A DNA stretch of 35,920 nt, taken from assembly GCA_050179995.1 (NCBI GenBank), contig JBFXEP010000002.1, positions 1 through 35,920 on the forward strand, given 5' to 3'. The notes under the pieces were generated by a model. The model was given only the letters and a program-made list of their open reading frames with translations, ran no database searches and was not told the DNA's origin. The translations under genes were made by a program, and so were the position numbers. This document shows positions 17,370-26,174 of the stretch, piece after piece. Each line of letters opens with the position of its first letter. The first letter of the stretch is position 1. The stretch comes from Hyphomicrobium sp. GTDB lineage: Bacteria > Pseudomonadota > Alphaproteobacteria > Rhizobiales > Hyphomicrobiaceae.

Positions 17370-17478
17370 CTTCGCCGGCATGACGTTAGTTGTGATGCTC
17401 GGTGCCAACCCAAATTCAACGTCATCCCGCCCCCGGCCTTCGCCGGGGCAGGCTGCGGTCGGGACCCACGCAAGTCTC
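17370..17478. repeat. attR core plus right part of the interrupted REP doublet
   Basis: CTTCGCCGGCATGAC (17370-17384), 36-nt spacer, then inverted REP GTCATCCCG...CGGGACCCACGCAAGTCTC with nested hairpin CCCCGGCCTTCGCCGGGG. Confidence 0.8.
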
Positions 17479-17528
17479 GGGCTGCGAGCCGGTAGCGGAG
17501 TGTTCGAGCGATCCGCGTCGTCGTTGGG

Positions 17529-20500
17529 CTACTCGGCCGGGGCGGCGGCGGGCTCGGCGGCGTGGTGATGGTGCGAGGCGCCGATCAGGCTCAGCACGGT
17601 CGGCACGACGAACAGCGTCAGCACGGTGCCGAGGCTCATGCCGCCGACGACGACCCAGCCGATCTGCTGGCGGCTCTCGGCGCCCGCGCCCACGGCGAGC
17701 GCGAGCGGCACGGCGCCGAGCACCATGGCGCCGGTGGTCATCAGGATCGGACGCAGGCGCAGGCTCGCCGCATCGATGATCGCGTCGAAGCGCTTCTTGC
17801 CCTCGGACTCGAGCTGGTTGGAGAACTCGACGATCAGAATGCCGTGCTTGGTGATGAGGCCGACCAGGGTCACGAGGCCGATCTGCGAGTAGACGTTGAG
17901 CGAGCCGCCGACGAGCCAGAGCATGCCGAGCGCGCCGCACATGGAGAGCGGCACCGTGATGAGGATGATGAGCGGATCGCGGAAGCTTTCGAACTGGGCG
18001 GCGAGCACGAGATAGATGAAGGCGAGCGCCAGCACGAAGACCATGGCGAGGCTCTGGCTCGAGGCGCGATAGTCGCGGCTCTGGCCGCTGACGTCGGTCT
18101 GCACGGTGCGCGGCAAAACCTCGAGCGCGGTCTTCTCGAGGTGGTCGAGCACCTCGCCCAAAGCATAACCCGGCGCGATGTTGGCGGAGAGCGTGACCGA
18201 GCGAAGCTGGTTGAAGCGCTTCAGCTCCTTGGGCGCGACGCTCTCGATCACCTTGACGATGTTCGAGAGCTGGATGATTTCGCCCTGCGGTGAACGCAGG
18301 AAGATGGTGTCGAGCGCGGCCGGCGTCGCGCGGTCCGGAATATCGAGCTGCACCATGACGTCGTACTGCTCACCGTTCATCTCGAAGCGCGTCACCTGAC
18401 GCCCGCCGAGCAGCGTCTCGAGCGTGCGGCCGACGACGTTCACGTCGAGACGCAGGTCGGAGACTTTGGCGCGGTCCATCTCGATGCGGAACTCGGGCGT
18501 GTTGAGCTTGAGGTCGGTTTCCTCGCTCTCGAGGCCGCCGTAGTCTTTCAGTGCCTCCAGGAGCTTGTCCGACATGGCTTGCAGGTCCTCGTAGGAGCCC
18601 GAGGACTGCAGCACGAACTCGACGGGGCGCGCGTTGCCACGCTGGCCGAAGGCGCCGGGGTTCTGCACGTAGGTCTGGGCGCCGGCGATGCGCCGCACCT
18701 TGGGGGTGAGCTCGCGCGTCAATTCCTGCTGCGTGCGCTCGCGCTCGCTCCAGTCCTTCAGCGGCGCGAAGATGAGGAAGCGCGAGACCTCGGGCGTGCC
18801 GTTGATGACGAGGCGCGACTTCACCTCAGGGATGTCGGCCAGGAACTGGTCGGCCTCGGCGCTGTAGCGGCTGATGAAGGCGAGCGTCGCGCCCTCGGGC
18901 CCTGTGCCGCGAATGCGGATCACGCCGCGGTCCTCGACGGGTGCCAGCTCGGACTTGAGATTGACGAAGAAGAAGTAGCTCGAGCCCGCCACCGCGAGCG
19001 CGAGCAGGAGCACGGTCGGCCGGTGGCGAAGGGTGACAGTGAGGGCGCGTCGGTAGCGCGTCTCCAAGCCTGTCAGGAGATTCTCCACGAACAGGAAAAC
19101 GCGTCCGGGCTTGGGGTTGTGGCGAAGGAGGCGCGAGCACATCATCGGTGTCAGCGTCAGCGCGACGAAGCCGGAAATGACGACCGCGCCCGCAAGCGTC
19201 AGCGCGAACTCGAGGAAGAGGCGACCGGTCTTGCCGGGCGCGAAGGCGATCGGCGCATAGACGGCGGCGAGTGTCAGCGTCATGGCAACGACGGCAAAGC
19301 CGATCTCGCGCGTGCCCTTGATGGCCGCCTCGATCGGTTTCATGCCGTGCTCGATGTGGCGGTAGATGTTCTCCAGGACGACGATGGCGTCGTCGACCAC
19401 GAGTCCGATAGCGAGCACCATGGCGAGCAGCGTCAGCGTGTTGACGCTGAAGCCGAAGATCAGCATCAGCGTGAAGGTGGCGATGAGCGAGATCGGGATG
19501 GTGACGATCGGGATCAGAGATGCGCGCATCGATCTCAGAAACACGACAATGACCAACACCACGAGCGCGATGGCCTCGGCGATAGCGTGATAGACGGCCT
19601 CGATCGAGCGCTCGATGAAGATGGAATCGTCATTGCCTACCGCGGCCTGCATGCCGCTCGGCATGGACTGGTTGATCTTCGGCAGCAGGGCGCGCACGCC
19701 CTGCGAGACGTCGAGCGGATTGGCCACGGACTGCTTTATGACACCGACGGCGATGGCGTTCTGGCCTCCGTATCGGCTTTCTCGACGCTCGTCGAAGGGA
19801 CCGAGCTCGACGCGTGCCACCTCTCCGAGCTTCACCTGGTGGTTGCCCGAGAGCTTGATGACGATATTGCCGAACTCCTCGGGTGTGACGAGCCCGGTTC
19901 TCGAAAGCACGCTGAACTCGCGGTTGGTGCTTTCGATGCGCCCGGACGGCAGCTCCACGTTCTGGGCGCGGAGCGAGTTCTCGATGTCCTGGACGGTCAA
20001 GGCGAAGGCAGCCAGGCGCTCGCGGTCGATCCAGATGCGCATGGCGTAGCGGCGCTCGCCGTAGATGGTCACGTCGGCGACGCCGTTGAGGTTCTTCAAC
20101 TGGTCGACGACGAAGCGGTCGACGTAGTCGGTGATGTCGAGCGTCGACAAGACGGGGCTCATGAACACCAGCATCATGACGGGCTGGGCGTCGGCCTCGA
20201 CCTTGGCGATGATCGGCTCGTCGATCTCGTCCGGGAGGCGTCCGCGCACGCGCGAGACCCGGTCGCGAACGTCGCTCGCGGCGACGTCCTGGTCGATCTC
20301 GGGGCGGAAGCGCACTGTGATGCGGCTGTCCTCGGAGCGGCTGAAGCTCTCCAGCACATCGATGCCGGAGATGCCGGCGATCGAGCCTTCGAGAATTTGC
20401 GTGACCTGGGTCTCGATGATTTTGGCGGAGGCGCCGGGGTAGCGCGTCTGCACCGACACGACGGGCTCGTCCACATTCGGATATTCACGCACGGTCAGGC

Positions 20501-20591
20501 GCGTGTACGACACGACGCCGAGCAGAACGATGACGAGGCTCAGGACGGTGGCGAAGACCGGGCGGCGTATGCAGAGCTCGGAGAGACCCAT
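17529..20591 (-). CDS. RND efflux permease (AcrB/MexW-like, HAE1)
   Basis: 1020 aa; IRRPVFATV, AIGLVVDDAIVVLENI, GLITKHGILIVEF, RLRPILMTT. Confidence 0.97.
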   Translation of the reverse strand: MGLSELCIRRPVFATVLSLVIVLLGVVSYTRLTVREYPNVDEPVVSVQTRYPGASAKIIETQVTQILEGSIAGISGIDVLESFSRSEDSRITVRFRPEIDQDVAASDVRDRVSRVRGRLPDEIDEPIIAKVEADAQPVMMLVFMSPVLSTLDITDYVDRFVVDQLKNLNGVADVTIYGERRYAMRIWIDRERLAAFALTVQDIENSLRAQNVELPSGRIESTNREFSVLSRTGLVTPEEFGNIVIKLSGNHQVKLGEVARVELGPFDERRESRYGGQNAIAVGVIKQSVANPLDVSQGVRALLPKINQSMPSGMQAAVGNDDSIFIERSIEAVYHAIAEAIALVVLVIVVFLRSMRASLIPIVTIPISLIATFTLMLIFGFSVNTLTLLAMVLAIGLVVDDAIVVLENIYRHIEHGMKPIEAAIKGTREIGFAVVAMTLTLAAVYAPIAFAPGKTGRLFLEFALTLAGAVVISGFVALTLTPMMCSRLLRHNPKPGRVFLFVENLLTGLETRYRRALTVTLRHRPTVLLLALAVAGSSYFFFVNLKSELAPVEDRGVIRIRGTGPEGATLAFISRYSAEADQFLADIPEVKSRLVINGTPEVSRFLIFAPLKDWSERERTQQELTRELTPKVRRIAGAQTYVQNPGAFGQRGNARPVEFVLQSSGSYEDLQAMSDKLLEALKDYGGLESEETDLKLNTPEFRIEMDRAKVSDLRLDVNVVGRTLETLLGGRQVTRFEMNGEQYDVMVQLDIPDRATPAALDTIFLRSPQGEIIQLSNIVKVIESVAPKELKRFNQLRSVTLSANIAPGYALGEVLDHLEKTALEVLPRTVQTDVSGQSRDYRASSQSLAMVFVLALAFIYLVLAAQFESFRDPLIILITVPLSMCGALGMLWLVGGSLNVYSQIGLVTLVGLITKHGILIVEFSNQLESEGKKRFDAIIDAASLRLRPILMTTGAMVLGAVPLALAVGAGAESRQQIGWVVVGGMSLGTVLTLFVVPTVLSLIGASHHHHAAEPAAAPAE

Positions 20592-21715
20592 CAGGTGCCT
20601 CGTGCACCCGGATTGGCGCCGACGACAATCTCGACGGGGCTGCCGTTCTTGAGCTTCTGCTGGCCTGCCGTCACGACCATCGCATCGGCGGCGAGGCCTT
20701 CCAGAATCTCGACGAGGCCGTTGTTGCGGCCGCCGAGCACGACCTTGACCTCGTTGGCCTGCCCGTTCCTGATCTCATAGACGATCTTGTCCTCGCCGCG
20801 CGGCACGATGGCCGCCTCGGGGATGACGAGCACGTTGCGCTTGGTCTGGCCCTTGACGCGGATGCGGGCGAAGAGGCCCGGCCGCAGGACGAGCTCGGGA
20901 TTCTCGAGGCGGGCGCGGATGCTGAGTGCGCGGCCGTTGATGTCGACGTGCGGGTCGATGGCGTAGATGGTGCCGGCGAAGGTGCGGCCGGGGAGGGCAT
21001 CGACTGTGATCTCGATCGTCTGGCCGGTCTTAACGTGGGCGAGGAACAGCTCCGGCAGCTTGAAGTCGATCTTCAGGGTGTCGATCTTCTCCAGGTTGAC
21101 GATCGGCATGCCGGCGTCGACGTAGGCGCCCGGCGAGACTTTGCGGATGCCCGCCGTGCCGCTGTAAGGGGCGCGGATGGTGTGCTTCGAGAGGCGCACT
21201 TTGGCAAGCTCTAGAGAAGCGGCCGTGGTCTCGGCGTTGGAGGAGGCCTCGTCGCGAGCGCGCTCGGTGACGTTGCCCGACTTGGCGAGCGAGTTGGCGC
21301 GCCCGAGATTGCCGACCGCCAGATTGTAGCGGGACTGGGCATCGGCGACCTCGGCCTTGGCCAGCGCGTCATCGAGCTGGACCATGACGGCGCCGGCCTG
21401 GACGGGCATGCCCTCGACGAGCGGTATCAGGGTGATGCGGCCGGCGATCTCGGAGGAAATCTGCACACTCTCGTCGGACTGCAGCGTGCCGATGGCGCGC
21501 AGATCCTCGGTGGACGTGGTGGCGACGGCGGCGGCGGCCTCGACGGCGATGCCGCGCGCGGCGGTGTCTTTTTTCTCGCTCTGCTCGGCCGGCGGCGCGG
21601 CGGACTGCGCGCTGACGTGGCTCAAGAGGATATCGAGCTTGCCGCCCGTCGCATAGTAACAGGCGGCGCCGGCCGACAGGGCGAGCAGCAAGCTGGCGAT
21701 CCAGACTTTCTTCAT
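20591..21715 (-). CDS. RND efflux periplasmic adaptor (MFP)
   Basis: N-terminal anchor MKKVWIASLLLAL, lipoyl/hairpin motifs (SEIAGRI, TIRAPYSG, LRPGLFA, IPEAAI); stop overlaps the permease start. Confidence 0.95.
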   Translation of the reverse strand: MKKVWIASLLLALSAGAACYYATGGKLDILLSHVSAQSAAPPAEQSEKKDTAARGIAVEAAAAVATTSTEDLRAIGTLQSDESVQISSEIAGRITLIPLVEGMPVQAGAVMVQLDDALAKAEVADAQSRYNLAVGNLGRANSLAKSGNVTERARDEASSNAETTAASLELAKVRLSKHTIRAPYSGTAGIRKVSPGAYVDAGMPIVNLEKIDTLKIDFKLPELFLAHVKTGQTIEITVDALPGRTFAGTIYAIDPHVDINGRALSIRARLENPELVLRPGLFARIRVKGQTKRNVLVIPEAAIVPRGEDKIVYEIRNGQANEVKVVLGGRNNGLVEILEGLAADAMVVTAGQQKLKNGSPVEIVVGANPGARGT

Positions 21716-21956
21716 CAAGCACCTGTTGTCGGGACCGGCTCGGGGATCTCGCCCCGGATGGGCCATGTGCACGGATCAGCGAAGAGGCCCGTCGGCCAGG
21801 GTCCGCGCGGCGCACTTCTCTCCCCCGGCGGGAGAACGTTCAAGCCCGGCCCGATCCGTCGCCGGCCCTCCACGCGCCGGAAATGAGCGAGGCGTCATGT
21901 GAGCTTACGCTCGAAATGTGGCAGGAGCTACAGCGCACAACACTTGCGGTGGCGCA

Positions 21957-23006
21957 TTATGCCGCCGGGGCGGGCTCGAGCTTGCGCCGCTGCTGGCGGC
22001 GGGCGCGTGCGGTGGTGGCTGGCGTGCGCCGGCGCAGCGGTTGCGAGGACGCCTGACGGGCCTCGGCGGGCGCTTCCTCCGTGAGCCGCGTCTTGGCCGG
22101 CGGGGCAAGGTCGCTCACGGACGGATCCGCACCGTCCGCGGTCGTCGGAGGCGGCACGGGTCCGTAGAAGGGGATCACGTTGCGCGACGAGGCCTTGGCC
22201 AGGATCGGCTGCAGCTCGACGTCGAGGGTCGCGAGCGGGACCATGGGGGACTTGGCGCGCAGGTGGACGACCTTGATGCCCTTGGCCTTGAGGCCGGCAA
22301 GGATGGCGGGGAGCGCCTTGGCCGTCGGGCGCTTCAAGTCATGGAAGAGAAGGATGCCGCCGTGGTGTGCCTCGACGAGCTTCAAGGTGCGCTGGGCGAT
22401 CTGCTGGCCGCTGCCGATGAAGCTGTCGTTGGAGATCACGTCGACGGTGAAGCTCGCGATGCCGCGCTGCTGCAGGTAGGTCAGGAGCTCGTTGCTGTCG
22501 TTCAGGCCCGGGAAGCGGAAAAAGGGTGCGATGTCGGTCGCGGCGGCGAGCGCCACGGCGGCGAAGCCGCGCTCGATTTCGTCCTTGGCCTTGTCGAGCG
22601 GAAGCCGCTTCAGGTTGTTCGGGTGCGACCACGTGTGCGTGCCTAGGGTGTGGCCGCGGGCGAGGACCTCCTTGACCATGGCCGGGTAGGAAAGCGCCAT
22701 GTCGCCCACGGCGAAGAACGTCGCCTTGGTGCAGAAGGCGTCGAGCGTGTCGAGGATGGGGCCGGTGACCCACGGCACGGGGCCGTCGTCGAAGGTCAGC
22801 ACGACCTCGCCCGGAGCCAGAAAGTCCGGCTCCTTCTCGCGCTTGGTGACGGAGCCGAAGATCGGGCCGCCGGAGGTATCGATGTCGATGACGCGCGAGA
22901 CGCCGAGCGCCTTGTCCGGGTCGGCGCACGCGGCCTCGGCCGTGCCCGGCACGGCGGCCAGCATGGCGACCGCCAAGGCGGCCCAAGATGTCGTCCTCGC
23001 GCGCAC
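21957..23006 (-). CDS. Exported polysaccharide deacetylase (CE4/NodB family)
   Basis: Signal peptide; LTFDDGP, GTHTWSH, FFRFPG, ILLFHD. Confidence 0.93.
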   Translation of the reverse strand: MRARTTSWAALAVAMLAAVPGTAEAACADPDKALGVSRVIDIDTSGGPIFGSVTKREKEPDFLAPGEVVLTFDDGPVPWVTGPILDTLDAFCTKATFFAVGDMALSYPAMVKEVLARGHTLGTHTWSHPNNLKRLPLDKAKDEIERGFAAVALAAATDIAPFFRFPGLNDSNELLTYLQQRGIASFTVDVISNDSFIGSGQQIAQRTLKLVEAHHGGILLFHDLKRPTAKALPAILAGLKAKGIKVVHLRAKSPMVPLATLDVELQPILAKASSRNVIPFYGPVPPPTTADGADPSVSDLAPPAKTRLTEEAPAEARQASSQPLRRRTPATTARARRQQRRKLEPAPAA

Positions 23007-23190
23007 GGCGCCCTCCCTCGTTGCGGGCGGACTGTCGGCGATTTACGCTCGCCAGCCAAGCGCAAGCCGCGCGGCGCGCTTTACTTTTTCGAAAGGAGCG
23101 GCATTTGGGACTCGGTCGGCGCGTAAGGCTTTTGCCGCGCTGCCGATTCACGCCGCGCCTGGTAGGCGGCGCGGCGATCGGAGCGCCGGG

Positions 23191-23316
23191 ATGGTCCCTT
23201 TCTCTAGACCGATTTTCCACGCTTCGGACTGATAGGGTCCGAAGCGATCATGGTCCCTTTCTCTAGACCGATGATTCACGCTTCGGACTGATAGGGTCCG
23301 AAGCGATCATGGTCTA
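23191..23316. repeat. Tandem 59-bp palindromic repeat (2 units plus partial), MITE/RPE-like
   Basis: Unit ATGGTCCCTTTCTCTAGACCGAT....CACGCTTCGGACTGATAGGGTCCGAAGCGATC starts at 23191 and 23250, partial at 23309; internal hairpin CGCTTCGGAC/GTCCGAAGCG. Confidence 0.9.
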
Positions 23317-24450
23317 CTCCGAACCGAAGGCCTTGAGCTGCCAGGGGTCGTTCGAGGGGTTGGCCCAGTCGATGGGCTTCGCGCCCCTGGGCGCGGCCTT
23401 GGCGGAGCTCTTGGGGCGCTCGCCAGGTTCACTCTCGCCCTCAGTCCCTGACACCGGCCAGGTGGCGGCGCGCTCGGCGAGCGGCGTGTTGGCGGCGGCA
23501 ACGGACTTCGCCTTGAGCGCCTTCTCGGCGATGGCGTCGTACTCCGGGAGCGTGACGGCGGCCTGCTTCGGCACCATGTGCACGACCTTGAACCCGCGGG
23601 CCTTGAGCTCGGCGAGGAGGCTCGCGAGCGCGCCGGCGGTGGACGGCTGGATGTCGTGGAAGAGGAGAATGCCCTTCTTCTCGTGCTCGAGCTGAGCCAG
23701 CACGTTACGCAGGACGACGCCGGGGCTCCGCGTGCGGAAATCCTTGGAGTCGACGTGGATGCCGAACACGCCGAGGCCGCGGCCCTTGATGTAAGCCAGC
23801 GAGGCCTTGCTGTGGCCGAGGTAGGGGAAACGGAAGAACGGCGCGACCGGCACGCCGGCGGCGGCCGCGACGGACGACAGGCCGAGCTCGACCTCGCGCT
23901 CCACGCCCGGGGCGTCGAGGGTGCTCAGCTTCTTGTGCGACCAGGTGTGCGTGCCGATGGTATGGCCGCGGCGGGCGACCTCCTGCAGCGTCGCCGGGTC
24001 GGCGATCGCCATGCGGCCCACGGAGAAGAACGTCGCCTTGACGCACTCCTCGTCGAGCGCATCGAGGATCGGCAGCGTGTAGCGGCGCATGGGGCCGTCG
24101 TCGAAGGTGAGGACGACCTCGCCCTCATCGAGGAGGTGGGGCTCGGACTTGTGATACTGATCGCCGAACTCGGGGCCGCTCGCGGTGTCGATCTCGACCA
24201 CGCGCGACACGCCGAGCGCGTCCGCGCGGTTGCAGCCAGGGGCGGCGATGGTGGGCTTGAGCTCGAGGTCCGTTGCGCCGGCGCCGGGGATCGAGGGCCC
24301 CGCACCATCCGGGGTGGCGACGGCGTTGGGCGCGGCGCTCGCGGGCGTGTCGGTGCCGGTCTCGGCGCGGGCGGTATCGCCAGCGGCGGTCGCGGCGCCA
24401 ACGGCGATCGCAATACCAATGGCCAGCCAACTGCACCGACTGGCGCTCAT
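23314..24450 (-). CDS. Exported polysaccharide deacetylase (CE4), paralogue of the adjacent gene
   Basis: Same motifs (ALGVSRV, LTFDDGP, GTHTWSH, FFRFPY, ILLFHD); start placed at ATG 24450 behind GGGAGA. Confidence 0.93.
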   Translation of the reverse strand: MSASRCSWLAIGIAIAVGAATAAGDTARAETGTDTPASAAPNAVATPDGAGPSIPGAGATDLELKPTIAAPGCNRADALGVSRVVEIDTASGPEFGDQYHKSEPHLLDEGEVVLTFDDGPMRRYTLPILDALDEECVKATFFSVGRMAIADPATLQEVARRGHTIGTHTWSHKKLSTLDAPGVEREVELGLSSVAAAAGVPVAPFFRFPYLGHSKASLAYIKGRGLGVFGIHVDSKDFRTRSPGVVLRNVLAQLEHEKKGILLFHDIQPSTAGALASLLAELKARGFKVVHMVPKQAAVTLPEYDAIAEKALKAKSVAAANTPLAERAATWPVSGTEGESEPGERPKSSAKAAPRGAKPIDWANPSNDPWQLKAFGSE

Positions 24451-24692
24451 CGTCCGTCTCCCCGATACTCCCACCATTCGCAGGCGGCCGTACATTGAAG
24501 CACGCTTCCTAAAAAAGATTGTATCTAAATCGGCTTCGACATCTTACCCACCCGCTTTTGACGGTTCGGAGTGTCGCGGATGTGACGGCTGTGCTAGGCC
24601 GGGCCGGGCTCGGCGCCATTTTGACGCCGCAGTGCGAAGCCTGAGCACGCGCGGAGTTTTTCTTGCGCAATGTTACGGGGTTCAGGAGTTTC

Positions 24693-26072
24693 ATGACGGG
24701 CTTCGAGGAGCAGCAGGCCGGGCCGGACGACAACGAGGAGAGCGTCGCCGACCTCGTGCGCGATGTCGCCCTCGCGTTGCACGACGGCGACAGTCTGCGC
24801 GCGGCGCAGCTCGTCATTAACCTACACCCGCGCGACCTCGCCGACGTCATCGAGCTGCTTTCGCCCGAGCATCGTGTCGCTCTCATCCAGGCGCTGGGGC
24901 CGGCCTTCAACTACGAGGTGCTGTCGGAGATCGACGAGGCGGTGCGCGACCAGCTCTCGGAGGCGCTGCCGAACGAGCTCCTCGCGCGCGCGGTCACCGA
25001 GCTCGACACGGACGACGCCGCCTACCTGATCGAGAACCTCGAGCAGGAGGACCGCGACGAGATTCTGGCCCAGCTGCCCAAGGGCGAGCGTGCGGTGCTC
25101 GAGCGGCAGCTCGACTATCCCGAGGACTCGGCCGGGCGCCTGATGCAGAGCGACTTCGTCGCGGTGGCGCCCTACTGGACCGTCGAGCAGGTGATCGAGC
25201 ACGCGCGCGAGACGGACGATCTGCCCGAGACCTTCTACGAGATCTTCGTCGTCGATCCGACCTTCCGCGTGATTGGCAGCGTCGAGCTGTCGCGGCTGCT
25301 GCGCAGCAAGGGCGACGTGCCGGTGTCCGACATCATGGAGACCGATCTCGACATGGTGCTGGCGACGGCGGACCAGGAGGAGGTCGCCCGGCAGTTCGAG
25401 CGCTACGACCTCTACTCGGCGCCGGTGGTGGACACCAACGGCAAGCTGGTCGGCGTGATCACCGTCGACGACATCGTGGAGGTGATCCAGGACGAGGCGG
25501 ACGAGGACATGAGGGCGCTCGGCGGCGTCGGCGACGAGAGCATCGGCGACAGCGTGCTGCAGACGGCCAAGAGCCGCGTGCCGTGGCTGATCGTCAATCT
25601 CGGCACGGCGGTGCTGGCCTCGTTCGTGATCGGGATGTTCGATGCCACCATCGAGCAGATGGTGGCCCTCGCCGTGCTGATGCCCATCGTCGCGTCGATG
25701 GGCGGCAATGCCGGCACGCAGACCATGACGGTGACGGTGCGAGCGCTGGCGACCAACAAGCTCGGCTCCACCAACGCGCCGCGCATCATCTCGCGCGAGA
25801 CGCTGGTGGGTCTGCTCAACGGGCTCATCCTGTCGGTTATCATGGGCACGATCGTGTTCCTGTGGTTCGGATCGAGCCGGCTCGGCGCGGTGATCGGGGC
25901 GGCCATGGTGGTCAACCTGCTGGCGGCGGCGCTGGCCGGTATCCTGATTCCGCTTGCCCTGACCAAGCTCAAGCTCGATCCGGCGCCGGCGTCGGGCGTG
26001 TTCGTCACCATGGTGACCGATTGCGTTGGGTTTTTCGCCTTCCTCGGTCTCGCCTCGGTGTTCCTGCTCTAA
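24693..26072 (+). CDS. mgtE: Magnesium transporter MgtE
   Basis: Acidic N domain, CBS pair (YPEDSAGRLM, GVITVDD), SMGGNAGTQT, DPAPASGVFVTMVTD; AGGAG RBS. Confidence 0.97.
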   Translation: MTGFEEQQAGPDDNEESVADLVRDVALALHDGDSLRAAQLVINLHPRDLADVIELLSPEHRVALIQALGPAFNYEVLSEIDEAVRDQLSEALPNELLARAVTELDTDDAAYLIENLEQEDRDEILAQLPKGERAVLERQLDYPEDSAGRLMQSDFVAVAPYWTVEQVIEHARETDDLPETFYEIFVVDPTFRVIGSVELSRLLRSKGDVPVSDIMETDLDMVLATADQEEVARQFERYDLYSAPVVDTNGKLVGVITVDDIVEVIQDEADEDMRALGGVGDESIGDSVLQTAKSRVPWLIVNLGTAVLASFVIGMFDATIEQMVALAVLMPIVASMGGNAGTQTMTVTVRALATNKLGSTNAPRIISRETLVGLLNGLILSVIMGTIVFLWFGSSRLGAVIGAAMVVNLLAAALAGILIPLALTKLKLDPAPASGVFVTMVTDCVGFFAFLGLASVFLL

Positions 26073-26174
26073 ACGTGACGGTTTGATAACAGGAGCGTGC
26101 GGTTTGCCGCTTGCGGGGCGCGCGGCGCGTGATTATCAGACGCTCAAACCGCCCGATCGGAAGACGAGCCGTCC

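Larger units (their letters stand above)
1046..17378. mobile_element. Integrative mobilizable element (tyrosine integrase, MOBQ relaxase, T4CP, no mating-pair genes), ~16.3 kb
   Basis: Direct repeat CTTCGCCGG(G/C)ATGA at 1046-1059 and 17370-17383; integrase next to the left end; oriT, relaxase and coupling protein inside; lower GC and different codon usage than flanks (by eye). Confidence 0.88.

Noticed and set aside
16822-17370. Minus-strand ORFs at the right end as a possible excisionase
   Set aside because: No HTH-like pattern; they overlap arm sites and a better-supported plus-strand gene.
1046-17378. Self-transmissible ICE or prophage
   Set aside because: No VirB/Trb mating-pair genes, no phage structural genes and no replication initiator.
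18579-20780. 733-aa plus-strand ORF, and other long antisense or alternate-frame ORFs (e.g. 26111-27889, 9524-10552, 63-1073)
   Set aside because: Shadow ORFs of well-supported genes caused by high GC3; no recognisable motifs.
23191-23316. Possible mini CRISPR array
   Set aside because: Units repeat in full with no unique spacers, and there are no cas genes in the window.
24500-24692. Mg2+ riboswitch upstream of mgtE
   Set aside because: Short divergent promoter region with no recognisable M-box structure.
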